DNA of 64,000 nt. Source: Gekko japonicus (Eukaryota). Every line of letters begins with the position of its first letter. Positions within the stretch are counted from its first letter, which is position 1. The notes under the pieces were generated by a model. It was not told the DNA's origin. It saw only the letters and a list, made by a program, of their open reading frames with translations, and made no database searches. The stretch covers positions 103,614 through 167,613 of the forward strand of contig NW_015164693.1 in assembly GCF_001447785.1 (NCBI RefSeq), read 5' to 3'. Of the stretch, positions 23,807-37,248 are shown one piece after another. A program made the translations under genes and the position numbers.

Positions 23807-24520
23807 GTAAGTGGGGTCTTTGAGCAGAATGTGGCTTGACGTGGTTACTCCTGAGTAGGTTGTATCATTTGCTTCTTCAGTGATATTCTTATTCACAGAA
23901 TGAGGAGAAACACATAAGGGAGCCAAATGATTCTAGGAGACCTTATTTTGATCAACCTCTCTTAGTATTGTCTAATGGCTACTTCAGAGCAAAGTAGTTT
24001 CACACAAGAAGCAGCTTGGAGACCAGAAATGGATCCACGTGCTATTCATACATCACTGTTACAAAAGGATACTCTTCATTGGTTTTCATGCTCTTTCTTG
24101 AGAATCTGGTGACGCTTGAAGTCTCTCTTAGTGATCCAGTGCTTATGTCCCTAACCCTGTGAACTCTGAACTGCCAGTTCCAGAGTCTACAACAAAGTGT
24201 ATTTTAAATCTAAATGGTTACACTGTCCAAATTCTGCTGATAATGCTGGCTGCAGAATTTGTTGCATCTTCTAATATAATGTGTATTTAAGGTAGAGGTA
24301 GTTGGTGGCCCACAGAGATGCACTTTTGGGGCTGTGGGGTGGGCTGGTAAGGTGAATCTGTGGAAATTCTACAGCTGATCCATGTTCTGTGGCAGCCTTT
24401 TTTAAAATGATGATGCTTGTCCTTCTGGCTGTTTGAGCATTTAGAGCCGCTTGCAAGGTGTCTTCTGTCTCGGTCAGGCTGAGACCTGATTTTCTTTAAC
24501 AATGTAATAGCAGAATGTCT

Positions 24521-24745
24521 GAGCCAGCACGGTGTAGTAGTTAAAGTGCCAGACGAGAATTTGGGAGATCCAGGTTCAAATCCCCACACTGCCATGGTAG
24601 CTTTCTGGGCGACACTGAGCCAGTCACAAACTCTCAGTCTGGCCTATCTCATAGGGTTGTTGTGAGGAGAAAATGGAGGAAGTGAGAAGGCTGTAAGCTA
24701 CTTTGGATCCCTACTGAAGAGAAAAGTGGGGCATAAATGAAGTTA
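24521..24745 (+). mobile_element. tRNA-derived SINE (Squam3-like)
   Basis: GAGCCAGCACGGTGTAGTAGTTAA A box, GGTTCAAATCC B box, L2-like tail. Similar copies at about 17785, 19290, 32750, 42950, 44250, 44960, 45215, 54380 and 56835. Confidence 0.75.
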
Positions 24746-25459
24746 AATACAGATAATGTCCTCTTAGGCCACTTTCCAGATGCAGAAAGCTTGTCAAATT
24801 GTCATAACAATCTGCTAGATCACAATTTGTTCCATTTAAGCAAGAAAAATTAAACATATTCATAGCCCTTTTTAAGCATATTTACTCAGAGAAGTCCCAG
24901 TATAGTCAATAGAGCTTACTTGCAAGTAAGTGTACATAAGATTGCAGTCCACAGGAAAAACTCTGAAACCTCAGAATTAGTAGGTGGTAGGGATGGGGGG
25001 ATGGCCAGGAGCCCTTCAATTTAAGGATACGTATGTTAAAGAACTTCTTTTCTTCAAAAAAAATTGGACTTTGTCTAACAAAGTTAGGAACTTGCTTTTT
25101 TAAAACCAAAACTTACAACATGGGGAATGGAGGTCAGTTTCACAGTGAAGTTATGAATGTGAAAAGCTTCCTGCCCCTTTCATTTGCAAATGTTCTTCCA
25201 AAGTGTGAGCAGTTGTTCAGGAGGGATGGCAGGCTACTGACCACATAATGGGCAAGAATTGCAAGGGAATATTTTATTGGTGGGGATAAATACTGTACAT
25301 TGCGATCATGCTCTGTCAGCCCTGGTTTGATGCGCAACTATAGATGAATCTGTAATGTACACATTCTGCTGCAGCATATAATCTGTGGCCAGAAAAAAAA
25401 TGTCTAAGGCTTTTCTGTGTAACTTCCTCCCCACTCCCCATCTTGCTTCTGTTATCTAG

Positions 25460-25654
25460 CTCGCCATCCCATTCAAAGTGAACTTCAGACTGAAGGGAAA
25501 GGATATGATAGTGGACATCCAGCGACGGCATCTGAAGGTGGGGCTGAAAGGCCACCCCGCCATGATTGATGGAGACTTGTACAATGAAGTGAAGGTGGAG
25601 GAGAGTTCTTGGCTGATTGAGGATGGGGAAATAGTCACTGTGCACTTGGAGAAG
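25460..25654 (+). CDS. NUDC: NUDC coding exon 6 (CS/p23-like domain)
   Basis: Acceptor gttatctag|. Encodes [31 protein letters not shown]...[19 protein letters not shown]. Donor AAG|GTAATG. Confidence 0.97.
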
Positions 25655-25964
25655 GTAATGGGAAGGACTTCAACATTTAAGTTCCTGATTTGATTCATTA
25701 CAGTTGCAGGTTCTCAGATCTGCTGGCTCTCAGGGTTTGTTTCCTGTCTGATGGCCTGCAGTCCTAAGTAATTCTTTAGAACTGCATTGACTAAGCCATC
25801 CTAGGCAGAATTGGACCCATGTAAGTCTACTTAAGTCAATGGACATAGAAAAATGCAACTCTGCTCAGGAAGGCACTGTGAGTCTCCCAGTCAAAATGGA
25901 TTACATGTTGTGACCATCCACCGCAATACGTTATCTTTGCTCTCTAGTAAACTTAAAAAAAAAG

Positions 25965-28870
25965 ATTTCATTTATTATAATAAGGAAATTACAAGAAAAT
26001 TAGAGATTAACAAACAACAAATACCATACTTACAAGCTGGAGAATAACAATCAAGAGTGAAAACTTTTATGGTATACTAAATGTTTAGAATGCAGTAATC
26101 AAAACAAATCTTAGACGGAGTAGCAATTCTAACAAAACAATAACCAACTATGGACAGCTATACCATTAAAGGAATGATACATGTTTTGGGTGAGTGAAAT
26201 GAAAAACTGATTCATTATTTGCAATAAAATCAACAACATAGTACCACATTGCAACAAAGTCAGATACATAATGGTCAGAATCTGCTTGTGTTTGTTGGTC
26301 CAATATTGGTCCAATATATCCCAATTTTTTATACCATTTTATACCATTCTATGCTTGTGTTTGTTGGTCCAATATAGGTCCAATATATCCCAATTTTTTT
26401 ATACCATTCTAATATGGATGGTGGTTATTGCTCTTCCATAATGCGATGACCAGGCAAGCTGCCGCACATAAAAATGCTATCAAATTACATCTTAGTGTTA
26501 GTATCTCAGGATTGTTCCGTAGGTTCAACATTGTCTCTGCCTTCAAAGGAACCGTCTACTTTGTATTACTGTATATTTGGGTTTGCACAAGATGCCAGAA
26601 AGCTTGGATATATTTACATGATCACCATGTATGAAGATAAGAACCTGGTTCTCCATACCATTTCCAACACACTGGAAGATAAGTAGGGTTCATATGGTGA
26701 ACTTGTGATGGAGTTACCATCTTGCAAGTGTTTTAAATGCTTGGGTTTTGATATTGATGGATTTGGACATAATAGTATTGGATCACCAGATTTGTAGCCG
26801 TTGGTCCGAGGTAAAGGTAATATTTAGATCTTTATGCCAAGAATGTACATATGAGGGTAGTTTACCATTGGATATGGTTAATAAGATTTTGTAAAGGTAT
26901 AAAAGGATTGCATTGTCTTTAGAAGGGTTGATTTTCCATAATTTTTCAAAATCTTTTCTTGATTTCTGATTGGCCAGTTAAACGTCTAATTTGAAAATAT
27001 TGAAACCATGGAATCTGGATATTCATTTTGGATTCTAAATCGGTCTTCTTGAGAATAATTCCTCCTTATGTTATATCAGTTAATTTTGTAAAAGAGGTTT
27101 CTCTCCATTGTCAGAAGGAATGTGGTTGCAACTCTGGTTCAAACCACGACTAGCCCAAGAATGAGGAGAGCGGAGATATTGGGGGAGCAAGTTTAAAGAG
27201 CAATTCATCCCATATTTATAAAGTATGCTGTAAAAACATATATATATTTTAAACATATTATTGACAATAGAAATTGGCTTATCCTTATGACTATTTCAAA
27301 CTGATTTCACATAAGGATTTAGGATTTAGAAAACTTTATTCTATATATATACCCAATCCAAGACCGGTTCTGGATGTAAAATCTTTAACAAAGTAGCTAG
27401 TTGTGACGCATCCCAATACAATTTGAGATCTGGGTAACCAAGACCTCCTTGCTTAGGTGATTTACATAGTGTATTGAAATTGATCCTAGGCCTTTTGGAA
27501 CTCCAGATAAAATCATTGAGTGTTTTTACACTTTTTAAAGGAAAGTTTTGTGGAATGTAATTGGCAAGGTTCTGAAATAAAAAATAAATTTGGGTAAGAG
27601 AAATGATTTAACCAAACTGAGTTTTTCCATCCATGAAAGATGGAGACTGGTTCATTGTTTAAGAAATGATGAAGTTGAATTATGGAGTTCAAGAAATTAT
27701 GCTTAAATAGATTGCTTAAATCTACTGGTATATTGACTCCCAAATGTTGTCAAGTTTTGGAAATCCATTTAAACTCATAAACGGATTTGATGTGGGTAGA
27801 ATTTGAGTGAGAAAGCTGTATAGGAAATTGGAGTGGTTGGAATATAGTCCCGAGATCTCAAAAAATCATCTAAGTTCCAACTTGACAGCCTATAGGGATC
27901 TTAAAGGCTCTGAAAGGTACAAAACTACATCATCTGCAAAGAGACAATTTCATCTCTCTATCAATGATTAAAATATTGTGAATATTGGAATTTTGATGGA
28001 TTGCCATAGCTAAGGGCTCAATAGAGAGAGCAAAGAGCAGAGATGAAAGAGGGTACCCCCCATCTTGTCCTTCTTGATACCATGAAGTCATTTGATATGT
28101 TGTTTATTCGAATTTGAGCTTTGGGAGAGGTATATAATACGTGGATAGAACATAAGAAGTGATCTCCAAACCCCATGTGTTGCAGGATTGAGAATACAAA
28201 TTTAGGTTCTAGCTTATCTAAAGCTTTTTTGATATCAATGGACAGTAGTAGAGTTTCTATTTGTTTGGTTTTGCAGAAATTTGATAATATTAAGAGTTTT
28301 GCGAATATTATCCACAATGATGCGATGTGGCATGAACCCAGGCTGATTCTGATGTATATAGTGCATAATGAATTTATTTAATCTGGCGGTGATGGTTGCA
28401 GTTAATATTTTTGCGTTTTGACTCAAGAGTGAAATCGGCCTGTAAGATCCTGGATTTGTGAGATCCTTCCCAGGTTTGGGGATTGCTGCTGTTCTATAAT
28501 GTGGCCATATGTGTAGCATTGAACCAATAGATAGTATATCGTTACACACATTTGATAAGGGATTTTCTAAAATATTAGAATTTTTTAAATAACATTCAGT
28601 AGAAAAACCATCCCTACCTGGCAATTTTTTCCCCCAGGGATTTAATAGTGTCAAGGATCTCTTAAGTTTTAAATGGAGCTTCCATTAATTCTTAATGTTC
28701 CGGGAGTATTTTGTTTAGATAAGGTTTTGATGTCAAGTTTGACTATCCACTTTGAATCTAGGTTGCTATATGTATACAGGAAAGTGTAATAGTCACTAAA
28801 TACATTTAAAATTTGAGATGATTTAGTTAAAATATTTTTCTGGTAAACTTGAAAATGTTGAATCCTTAAA
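25965..28870 (-). mobile_element. Decayed L1-clade LINE ORF2 (5'-truncated) in NUDC intron 6
   Basis: PGRDGF...IPKPGKDLTNPGSYRPISLL...QPGFMP.R, SIDIKKALD, LFADD (tcatctgcaaagag near 27930) and a GGLGYP motif. Many stops. Confidence 0.88.
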
Positions 28871-28942
28871 AGTATGTCCCCTGTTCAGGGACATTGCTTT
28901 AGTTGTGAAATACATAGTACCCACTGTGTCTTTCTTTTTAAG

Positions 28943-29026
28943 ATCAACAAGATGGAATGGTGGAACAAGTTAGTCCAAACAGACCCAGAGCTCAACACCA
29001 AGAAGATCAACCCAGAGAATTCCAAA
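28943..29026 (+). CDS. NUDC: NUDC coding exon 7
   Basis: Acceptor tttctttttaag|. Encodes [28 protein letters not shown]. Donor AAA|GTAAGC. Confidence 0.97.
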
Positions 29027-29280
29027 GTAAGCATTTTTCCTATCAACTTTGATTCAAAGAACAGGTGAGAACTGGCTGTTCAGTTCCTCTAATCCTTTCT
29101 AATGATTTGGAGTCAAATTTCTGAGGGCCTGTATGCAAAAGGTACAGATGTCTTTGGAGATGTCTTAATGGGGGAGGGGGGCATAGAAAGCATGAAGCTT
29201 TTGGATACAACACTGTTCTCAAAGGAAGCTTCTCCCAGGAGGACCCCCTAGATTTACACCTTCTAATGGTACTACTTTGA

Positions 29281-29409
<129 letters not shown>

Positions 29410-31089
29410 TGAGTAGGACCCATTCACACCTCTTGAAGCATGCGAAGGAAATGATGGTTGGGGTCAGAATGGTGGTGGGGGGCACTTTGTTCTTCCGCTG
29501 AGCCTATGCCCATATCTAGTTGGCTGGCGAACCCAAGAAACCATTATTGTAGAAATGGCTAATCTGTGTGATTCAACTCAGTTCCTAAGTCTACAGCACA
29601 ACAGGGGACTCATGGGCCTGGCAGTGCCATCTCTGCTTGAACCATGACGTGATGTGTTTGACTGTAATCTCCACGTGCCTGCAAGCTAAATAACCTTCCC
29701 TTCCCCTGTACCAGGATTGCTGGACAGTCATGATTTTTATGGCTTTATTGCCCTTTTTGGCAAAAGTATGCCTAGAAGCTTCTGTGAGAAATCCTCTGCT
29801 AAGGCTACACAGGGTGACAGCTCTTGGGTTATGGGGTTGGAAAAGAGGGAAATGGGAGGGCAGCCAGCTTCTCTTTAGCCATCCTTAAACTCTTGCAGGG
29901 AGATTTGAAGGGAGGAATTGCTCATTTGGAAACAGCCTTCTCTTGTAAATGTGGTTACTTTTAATACAGTTTACAACACTGTTCTAATGCTGGCAAGCAA
30001 CATGGGACACCATGTCTTCTGTTTATCTCTAGTGACTCATTTGAACCAAAGATACCTAGTGGAAATTAGTAGCAAATTGCTGATAGGTTGAGATCTAGCA
30101 CTATACTGGGATATTCACCAACTCGTAAGCAGGGTCTCTTCCTCCCAAGATTCCCACCACAGATTCTTTTTTGCTTTCCCTTTGAGGGGAAATGGCAAGG
30201 AGGCTAGTTTTAGTCAATAATGTTAGCTCTAAAAACCTTATTTCTTTGGCTACCCCCATCCATCTCAGACACAATTCTTCAGATTCCAGAAGACCCCTAA
30301 TTATCTAATTAACTATTTAGTAAGGGTAACCTCTTTTACTCAGTGTCACATGTTAAATATACTTCTTTTTGTTTTGCTGCTCTTAGCATTGTACAGCATA
30401 ATAGGAATATCAAAATAAATTTACCACAATATAGTAAAAAGAATTTAAACCACTTCTTGCAGCTGTACAAGAACCTGCTTGTAGGTATGGTGAGAATGGA
30501 TTTATATTTTGTGCTTACCCAATCCACAATGCAATTCTGTGCAGAGTTACTCTGCTCTAAGGCCACTGACTGATGGAGCAACTCAGAATAGTATTGTACT
30601 GTCAAAATGACAACTGTCTGTAGTACTGACTGGCCAGTGAAGTGTCAGCTTGTGATTCAGTGATCTTGGGACACATTCTCTGTCTCTCTCTTAACACGGT
30701 TCAGTAGCATCTGTATTTTGTGAAGCTACTTTAGTGTATGTATTTAAATAGCCACCAAGCAATGCTCCAGGCCTCGTTCTATAAAATAGCAAATTTAGGG
30801 TTGGATGAGCCAGCTTTTTCACTCAGCCAGTTTCCCTCTTACTACATCCCCAGTCCCACATTGTTTTCACCCATGCAGGTCTTCAATCCTTAGCATAGCC
30901 TTTTTTTTGGGGGGGGGGGGTATAGAAATGCATTTTTTTCTTTGGAGGTTTGAAAACAGCAGAACCCTTCACTCTGAGTTTTAAAAGCTTTTTTTCCATC
31001 TCTCTGGGCAGAGAACAGGCAGGAAGGGGGGGAGGTCAGTTCAATTGTTTTCCATACTTACTTCAGCCCACCTTCATACAAATGCTCAT

Positions 31090-32001
31090 AAGTCTAGCTA
31101 GAGACAGTTAGATGGGCCAGCGCTCCCCCCTCCCAGCAGGGAACAGAGACTTGGAGGAATTAAGACTAGAAAGACTTCAGGAAGACGTTTCTGGAGATGA
31201 CAGGAAAAGCTTCCTTGACTTGGCCTGATTTGGTCAGTGGGTGGGGAAAACAGAGAAGATAAAACTCCTGGAAGCAAGAAGGAAGCTCTTTTTTCTGCTG
31301 AGTCCATCAGAGCAGACAGAACTCTTAGCTGAGATCTGGAGGAGGAGGTCATTAGCCATGTGTTTGCCTGGACAGCTGAAGGAAGTTTCAAGGTATAGGT
31401 CATTCTGTAGAGATCTGTAACTTCCTAAACTAAGGAGCCTGTCCTATATTTTCACATTTGATAGGGCACGAATAGAGAGAGGAATTATGTTTCACCCATT
31501 TCTTTTGAATCCCTTGCTCAGTCTGGTGCTGTGCTAAAAGTATGCTTGTGAACATTTTCTTTTCAATAAATACTTTATAACCTTGGATGCTGGTAGTGGT
31601 TCTCTGTACCACATAGACCTCCGCTGTCTTGGACACGCTATTTTAAAAGGAGCGCTGGGGGAAGGAAGTGGCTATTCCTCCAGGGGCATACAAGGCAGTA
31701 AACGGTCCCTGCGGTGACCAGGCGCTGGGCAGCAGGAGACACAGAGGCAAGGCCTCAGAACTTGGAAGGGAAGCTGGGAGTCCTGTACCTCCCAGTGGGT
31801 AATTCCAGACAAAGGTCAGGTGATGTCAGTGGTTACATGAGAGAGAAAGAAAAGCCTCTCCAGGTATTGGGAAAACTTTGGAGGGCAGGGTGGAACAGGA
31901 CCTGCAGGCCAGAGCAGGCCCATTCCGCCACAGGAGGGTTTACTGGGAACCCCTCCTCCCTTTTCACCAGCAGAACTGGTTGGATCCAAAGCATAGTGAC
32001 A
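31090..32001 (+). mobile_element. Probable LTR remnant in NUDC intron 8
   Basis: LTR-like composition, AATAAA at 31565, ends in GTGACA. The 5' boundary is uncertain. Confidence 0.35.
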
Positions 32002-33015
32002 CAGAATTGTCAAGAAGAATTCACGTTCATTGCATAGAACTGTGCTGTTAATCATGCAGCCATGTTTAATCTGTGCTACAATATTTGACAATTCCATGTT
32101 GCTGCTTTATGAAATGGCAGCAGGCTTAGGCTGGAGCAACTCTGCATAGGATTGTACCATAACATTAATGAATAGTATTCCAGATGTGATCTTGGTGGCA
32201 AGGGAGACCAAAATGAAAGTGAATCTGCCAGGAAGTACTGAGGACTAACTTTGTTTAGCAGTTACCTCCAAAACCCTTCTTTGGTTGGCATCCCTTTTAC
32301 TGCACACAAAAAATGATGTCTGCATAGATTGGAGTTCTGATCCTATGAGCCAGGTGCTACGTGTGTGACCAGGAGCTAATAGTTCCCAAGGGCATATTTG
32401 ATTAATTTGTCATTGCTCATTTACAACCATAGCAGGTAGTAACTGGTGACTTTTATACTGATATTACTTAGGAGAGAATTGATTGGCAACATAAACTGTG
32501 ATCTCTGCACAGCCACACTGATAGTAAAGGAGATCTGTGCTTACAAAACACACAAAGTTGCCTTATACGAAGTCAGATCATTGTTCGGTCTCAAGCAAGG
32601 TCATCCTGAAAAAAGCTGCTTAAAATGGTTGGGGGCACATGTCTGTCCCACTAACTAATTAGTCTTCCTAAATGTGTCCTCTGTGTTGGTAGTGCTCTTT
32701 GCCAGTTTTGAAGTCTTTGACTTCCAGTTGTGTAGTTGACATTTTTTAAAAGCCTATCCTTCCTTCAGGGTGCTCAAGATACTTCACATTGTCTTCTCCC
32801 ACCCCTGTTTTAGCCTCAGACCCCTGTGAGGTAGGTTAGAGTGAAAGAGAATTACTAGCCCAAGGTTGGTGGCAGACTGGGGATTCGAACCCAGTCGTAG
32901 TGGGACATTCTTACTACAAAACTGCACCTGGGCTGTACAAGGTTTCTGCCTACCATTGCCCTGCTGACTTGCTTCCTAGCTCTTAGCTAAAGGTATGCTT
33001 CTCTTGTTCTTCCAG

Positions 33016-33067
33016 ATTCATGGAACAGCATCCGGAAATGGATTTCTCAAAAGCAAAATTCAACTGA
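33016..33067 (+). CDS. NUDC: NUDC coding exon 9 (terminal)
   Basis: Acceptor ttgttcttccag|. Encodes (K)FMEQHPEMDFSKAKFN then TGA, the canonical NUDC C-terminus. Confidence 0.97.
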
Positions 33068-34687
33068 GATGATTGCCCCCTTTCACTCCTTACTCCCCCT
33101 CCCCCATTTTTAAAAGAAAAAAGAAAAAAAATACATATAGCCTGATCAGGACGGGAGGTACAATTTTAGTCACTGTGAACACTCTCATAGTTCCCAAGTC
33201 AACTTTCAGTGCAAAACAAAAACCTGTACTGATTTATCAGCACATGTCAGGTTTTTCAGCAGCAGGATCAGTTGGCCATCTGAACCATGACTTATTTTTG
33301 CTGAGGGAAGACCACTTTGAGGTTCTAGCAAAAAGAGGATTCATGATGGAAATTTAGGCCTCACTTCTGTAAGTTTCCTAGAGTTCTCAGGCAGTCATTT
33401 AAAGACTTCAGGGAGTATCTTAATCACCCTGTACTCTCTCCACCCTGCCCTTGAACTAAATAGAAGGGCCTCCTTTGGACACCCCATTGTCAGTCCTTCC
33501 GGTATTCCAGTTCTGAACCAAACAGCCCTTCCAGTATGCTAACTTAGTACCGCATCACTGAGAACAGTTTCTGGTGGACATACTGATAAATGAACCTGTA
33601 AGTTGCCCCTGCTTCTGCCTGAGATGTGTGCACTGTAACATCTAAAGGAAAACTTGGGCAGGAGTGATGTGCTTGCATTCCTCCTGTGCAAATTCCCATT
33701 TGGGCATTACAGCGAAAGCAGGAGGATTTACATATCTGCTTGTATGCTTAACTCCCAAAGCCCTCCTCTTGTTCCAAGCACATTTTTTGGATGCAAAAAG
33801 AATTCCTTGCAAATGTGTCAAGTTTAAGATAGAGTAAACTATTTTGGCCAGAGAGGAAGCCACATCAGAATCTGGTATAGTGAGACTTGCACAAGTTCGG
33901 TCTCTAAGCTGTTCTGCCCAGGCCCTCTGCTGTCCAAATGATGCATGTCTGCTGCAGATTCTTCTAGAGATTTTGGCTGTAGTGTGAGCTTAAATGACTT
34001 TCTTACCTTCCATTACAATACTGGTGTTGGTGTGGCACTGCAAAACTCATATTTAGGACTAGGATGAGGTCTGTTAAATATGATCAGTTTGGGGAGGTTG
34101 ACTGTACCCTTGTGGGAATTAAGATATGTTTGATCTCTGCTCAGTGCGTTGATGTCTTGCTTTAAAGTGTCCCACTAATTAATTTGGCATTTAGCATCAA
34201 TAGCCCATTGTAGGACCTACTAGAGACCACAGTATCATGAATTAGTGGAATCAACAATGATATTTTTGATACATCACCAGAAGCAATGAATTATTGAGAG
34301 ACAGTCTATGTATACATCTCTGTTCAGAAGAAGATCATTTGTCGAAACGGCAGGACATTCCGGAGACCACCATCTACATTCACCAATATATAATTTGTTC
34401 ACCTTTTCATCATTGTATAATTTTGACTCTTTAATATATTATTAGCGTTACTTTCTCACATTTTTTTTCATTTTCCGCTTGCTTTAAAGTGGGACAGGTT
34501 TCACCCTATGTCCGTGGGAGTGTACTAGATGGCAGGCAGATCTCTGGCTTGCTGGAGAACCAGCCATTCACTTTCCTAGAACAGTTCCACAAACATTTTC
34601 CTTTGCACATTGGCCAAACAAGAGGCTTTGTGTATTCTCTCCTTTTGGGGATTGTTGCTGAGAAGACAGCTTGTATTCTGCATGTAC

Positions 34688-34693
34688 AATAAA
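34688..34693 (+). terminator. Probable NUDC polyadenylation signal (3'UTR about 1.6 kb)
   Basis: First AATAAA I found after the stop, preceded by TGTA and followed by GT-rich sequence. Confidence 0.6.
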
Positions 34694-35344
34694 AGCACCT
34701 GTTTTCATGGGGTATTGCTGTGTATATGTGTCCTCATTATCCATGTGCCAAATACTTCTGAGGTGGCTTCTAGGTTGACTAAATAAACTCTATCTTTACT
34801 GTTCTGTTTTTAAAGTGTGGTTGCTTTTTTACTGCTGTGATAAAACAGCAGTCACAAGAATAGCATAAAGAGTCTCTTCCAGTCCTATAGTCCTCCTGTT
34901 TGCAGTTGTAGCAACATCTGTTTTGCAAATCTGGTAATCCTGGCTGCTGTTCTGTGACTCACAGCAGATGGTGAAGTGTTTCAAGGCATCTGAATTTTCT
35001 CAGTGGTTCACTTCCAAACTGTTTTTATTAGAAAGCCACAGCTCACCCTCTTTCCTAAAGAGCAGGGCATAATCCCCATGACATAAGAGAGAAAGGGGTA
35101 AAGGAGATCTAGCAGTTCCTGAGCTGCCATGGCAGGTATTGCTGTATTTGTATTTAAACTTAAATCTGTTAATTTATACTGAACCTGGGCATTTGCAAAT
35201 GGTTTATGATGATACCAGAAGCTTTCAGATTTCCCTGCTACAAAGGAAACTCACTCTGTTGGGCAGCTGAGGGAAGGGGGAACATAAGGTTTTACTTAAA
35301 TGAGGCAAGCTGCTGGAATTCTTACTACTAACCATTCTAGCAGC

Positions 35345-35535
35345 CTCAATAGCCCTGACCAGCTTGATCTCATCAGAGTTTGGTTGCTAAGCAGCATTTG
35401 CCATAGTTAGTACTTGGATGAGAGACCACTAAGGAAGATTGTGGTTGCTGCGCAGCAAAAGGCAATGACAAACCAGCTCTGCTCCTCTCTTACCTTGAAA
35501 GCGCCATGGTCCTGGGATTGCCATCAGTCAGTTGC
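35345..35535 (+). mobile_element. Decayed 5S-derived SINE with RTE/BovB-like tail
   Basis: 5S head (GATCTCATCAGA...GCTAAGCAG...GTTAGTACTTGGATGAGAGACCAC) followed by a GGCAATGACAAACCA...CCTTGAAA tail. Confidence 0.7.
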
Positions 35536-37248
35536 ACACAAGTATTACGACAAGCAGTTCTACCCACAGCCATTTTTTACTAAAATTCTTTAAATTTAGC
35601 CACATCCAGGGGTCGGTTGGCCCCGGAGTGCACCAGAGCGGTGCTCCAGGAGTGAAGAGTGAGGGGGGGGGGGACATGACCAAGCCCCACCCCCTGCTCC
35701 CATCAGCCATTAGTCGGGCCACAAGGAGGCAGAAGGAAGGTAAGTTGCGGCCCGCAGAAAAGCCTGCCGAGGCTGGCCGCTCCCCCCTTCCCCCTGCCTC
35801 ACTGCATTTCTTGGGCCTGGCGCCGGAGCGCAGAGCCCGAGAAAGGCCTTCAGAGGCCGTCCCCCCTCCGCGTTTCTCGGGCCCGGCCTTGTCTCCCCAA
35901 GCCCCGGGAGCCGAGTGCAATGCTGAAAGGTGCTTGGATCTATGAGATCCAAGCCCCTTTCAGCCTTGTCTCTCCCCCCTGCCCATCCAAGCCCCGGGAG
36001 CCGAGTGCAACGCTGAAAGGAGCTTGGATCTATGAATGACAAGAAAAAACAGATTAAAAAGAAGTTCCAGGTGGTGTCCTTAAAATTTTCATCCCAGTTC
36101 TGGACTGCCTGGCCACTTTCTGGACAGGGGGAGAGGAAACACAAGATCAGAATTAAGGAGAGAGGGAGAAGGTGCCAGCCACGATAGAAAACCATTGCCG
36201 TCCTCAACCAAAAGCCTTGTTTCTGTTTATGCCTTGTTTCTGTTCCCTCAGTTGGGGAGAACAAACTGAAAATGTGCCCGTCATAGAATTCAGCTGAGTG
36301 GGACAATGAGACACTCTGCTTTGACTCAGAGGCACTTCCACTCTTACATTTTGCCCCGTGGCTGAGCTTGGAGATCTCTGGCTGAAGTTAAGTAAAAGTG
36401 CTGATTTAAGGAATGCACAACGTGGGCACTGGGCAGTAGCCCAGTCCCTCTCTTGTTTGAGACAGATGCTGAAGTGCTGGTTTGAGCTGAGGGCTCCTAC
36501 TGTCTTAGGGTAAAGGGCCTGAAATGTCTCATTCCTAAGATGCTTTGGGGACTGGGCCGGCCCATCCCAATTGGCAGCACAGGTGCATATTTGGACTGGC
36601 AGAATTCCAGGGGCTCTAAGCTCACCCAGAAAACGCGGTAGAGAAAACTCTATTCCCTGTTTGTGCCTGCTCTTGGGTCAGGTGATCTGAAGTGTGGTTG
36701 AACAGGTCCCAGTAACTGTTCCTTTCCCTGCCATTGAGTTGCAGCAATTAGCAAAGCTGAACAGGAATCTTGTTGCATCTTCAGGATTAATAAGATCTTA
36801 TTCCAGTATAAGCTTTGATGAACTAGAGTCCCCTGCATCTTGTGCAAACAAGGTAGTGGGTGATAATGTTGAACTCAGTGGTGCGAAAAGTTTCATCTGC
36901 TCTTTGCTGCCTAACAAAACTGTAAGAAAGAGAGGTGCAGGCCAAGCCTTTGTTTCTGGCAAACCCCAGTGCAGTGGTATTGTGGGGAGCCACATCCATA
37001 ATTACCATCAACCAAAAGAGCCACATTTACTTCCATCCCTGGCACATGAGGCCTGCACCTCAGAGATGCTCACAGCTTTCCTGTTCTTCAGGCAGAGGCA
37101 GTTTCAAGATCAGAATCACTTGCCAACCATAAGCCCCACCAGGGAAGAGCACTGCCCACTTTCCTGGAACACGGAGTAGGTGCCAGGGGAGCAGTGCTCA
37201 GAAGAGCCACAGGGGGCTTCTGGGCCACTGAGTCTCATTGTCCTAGAG

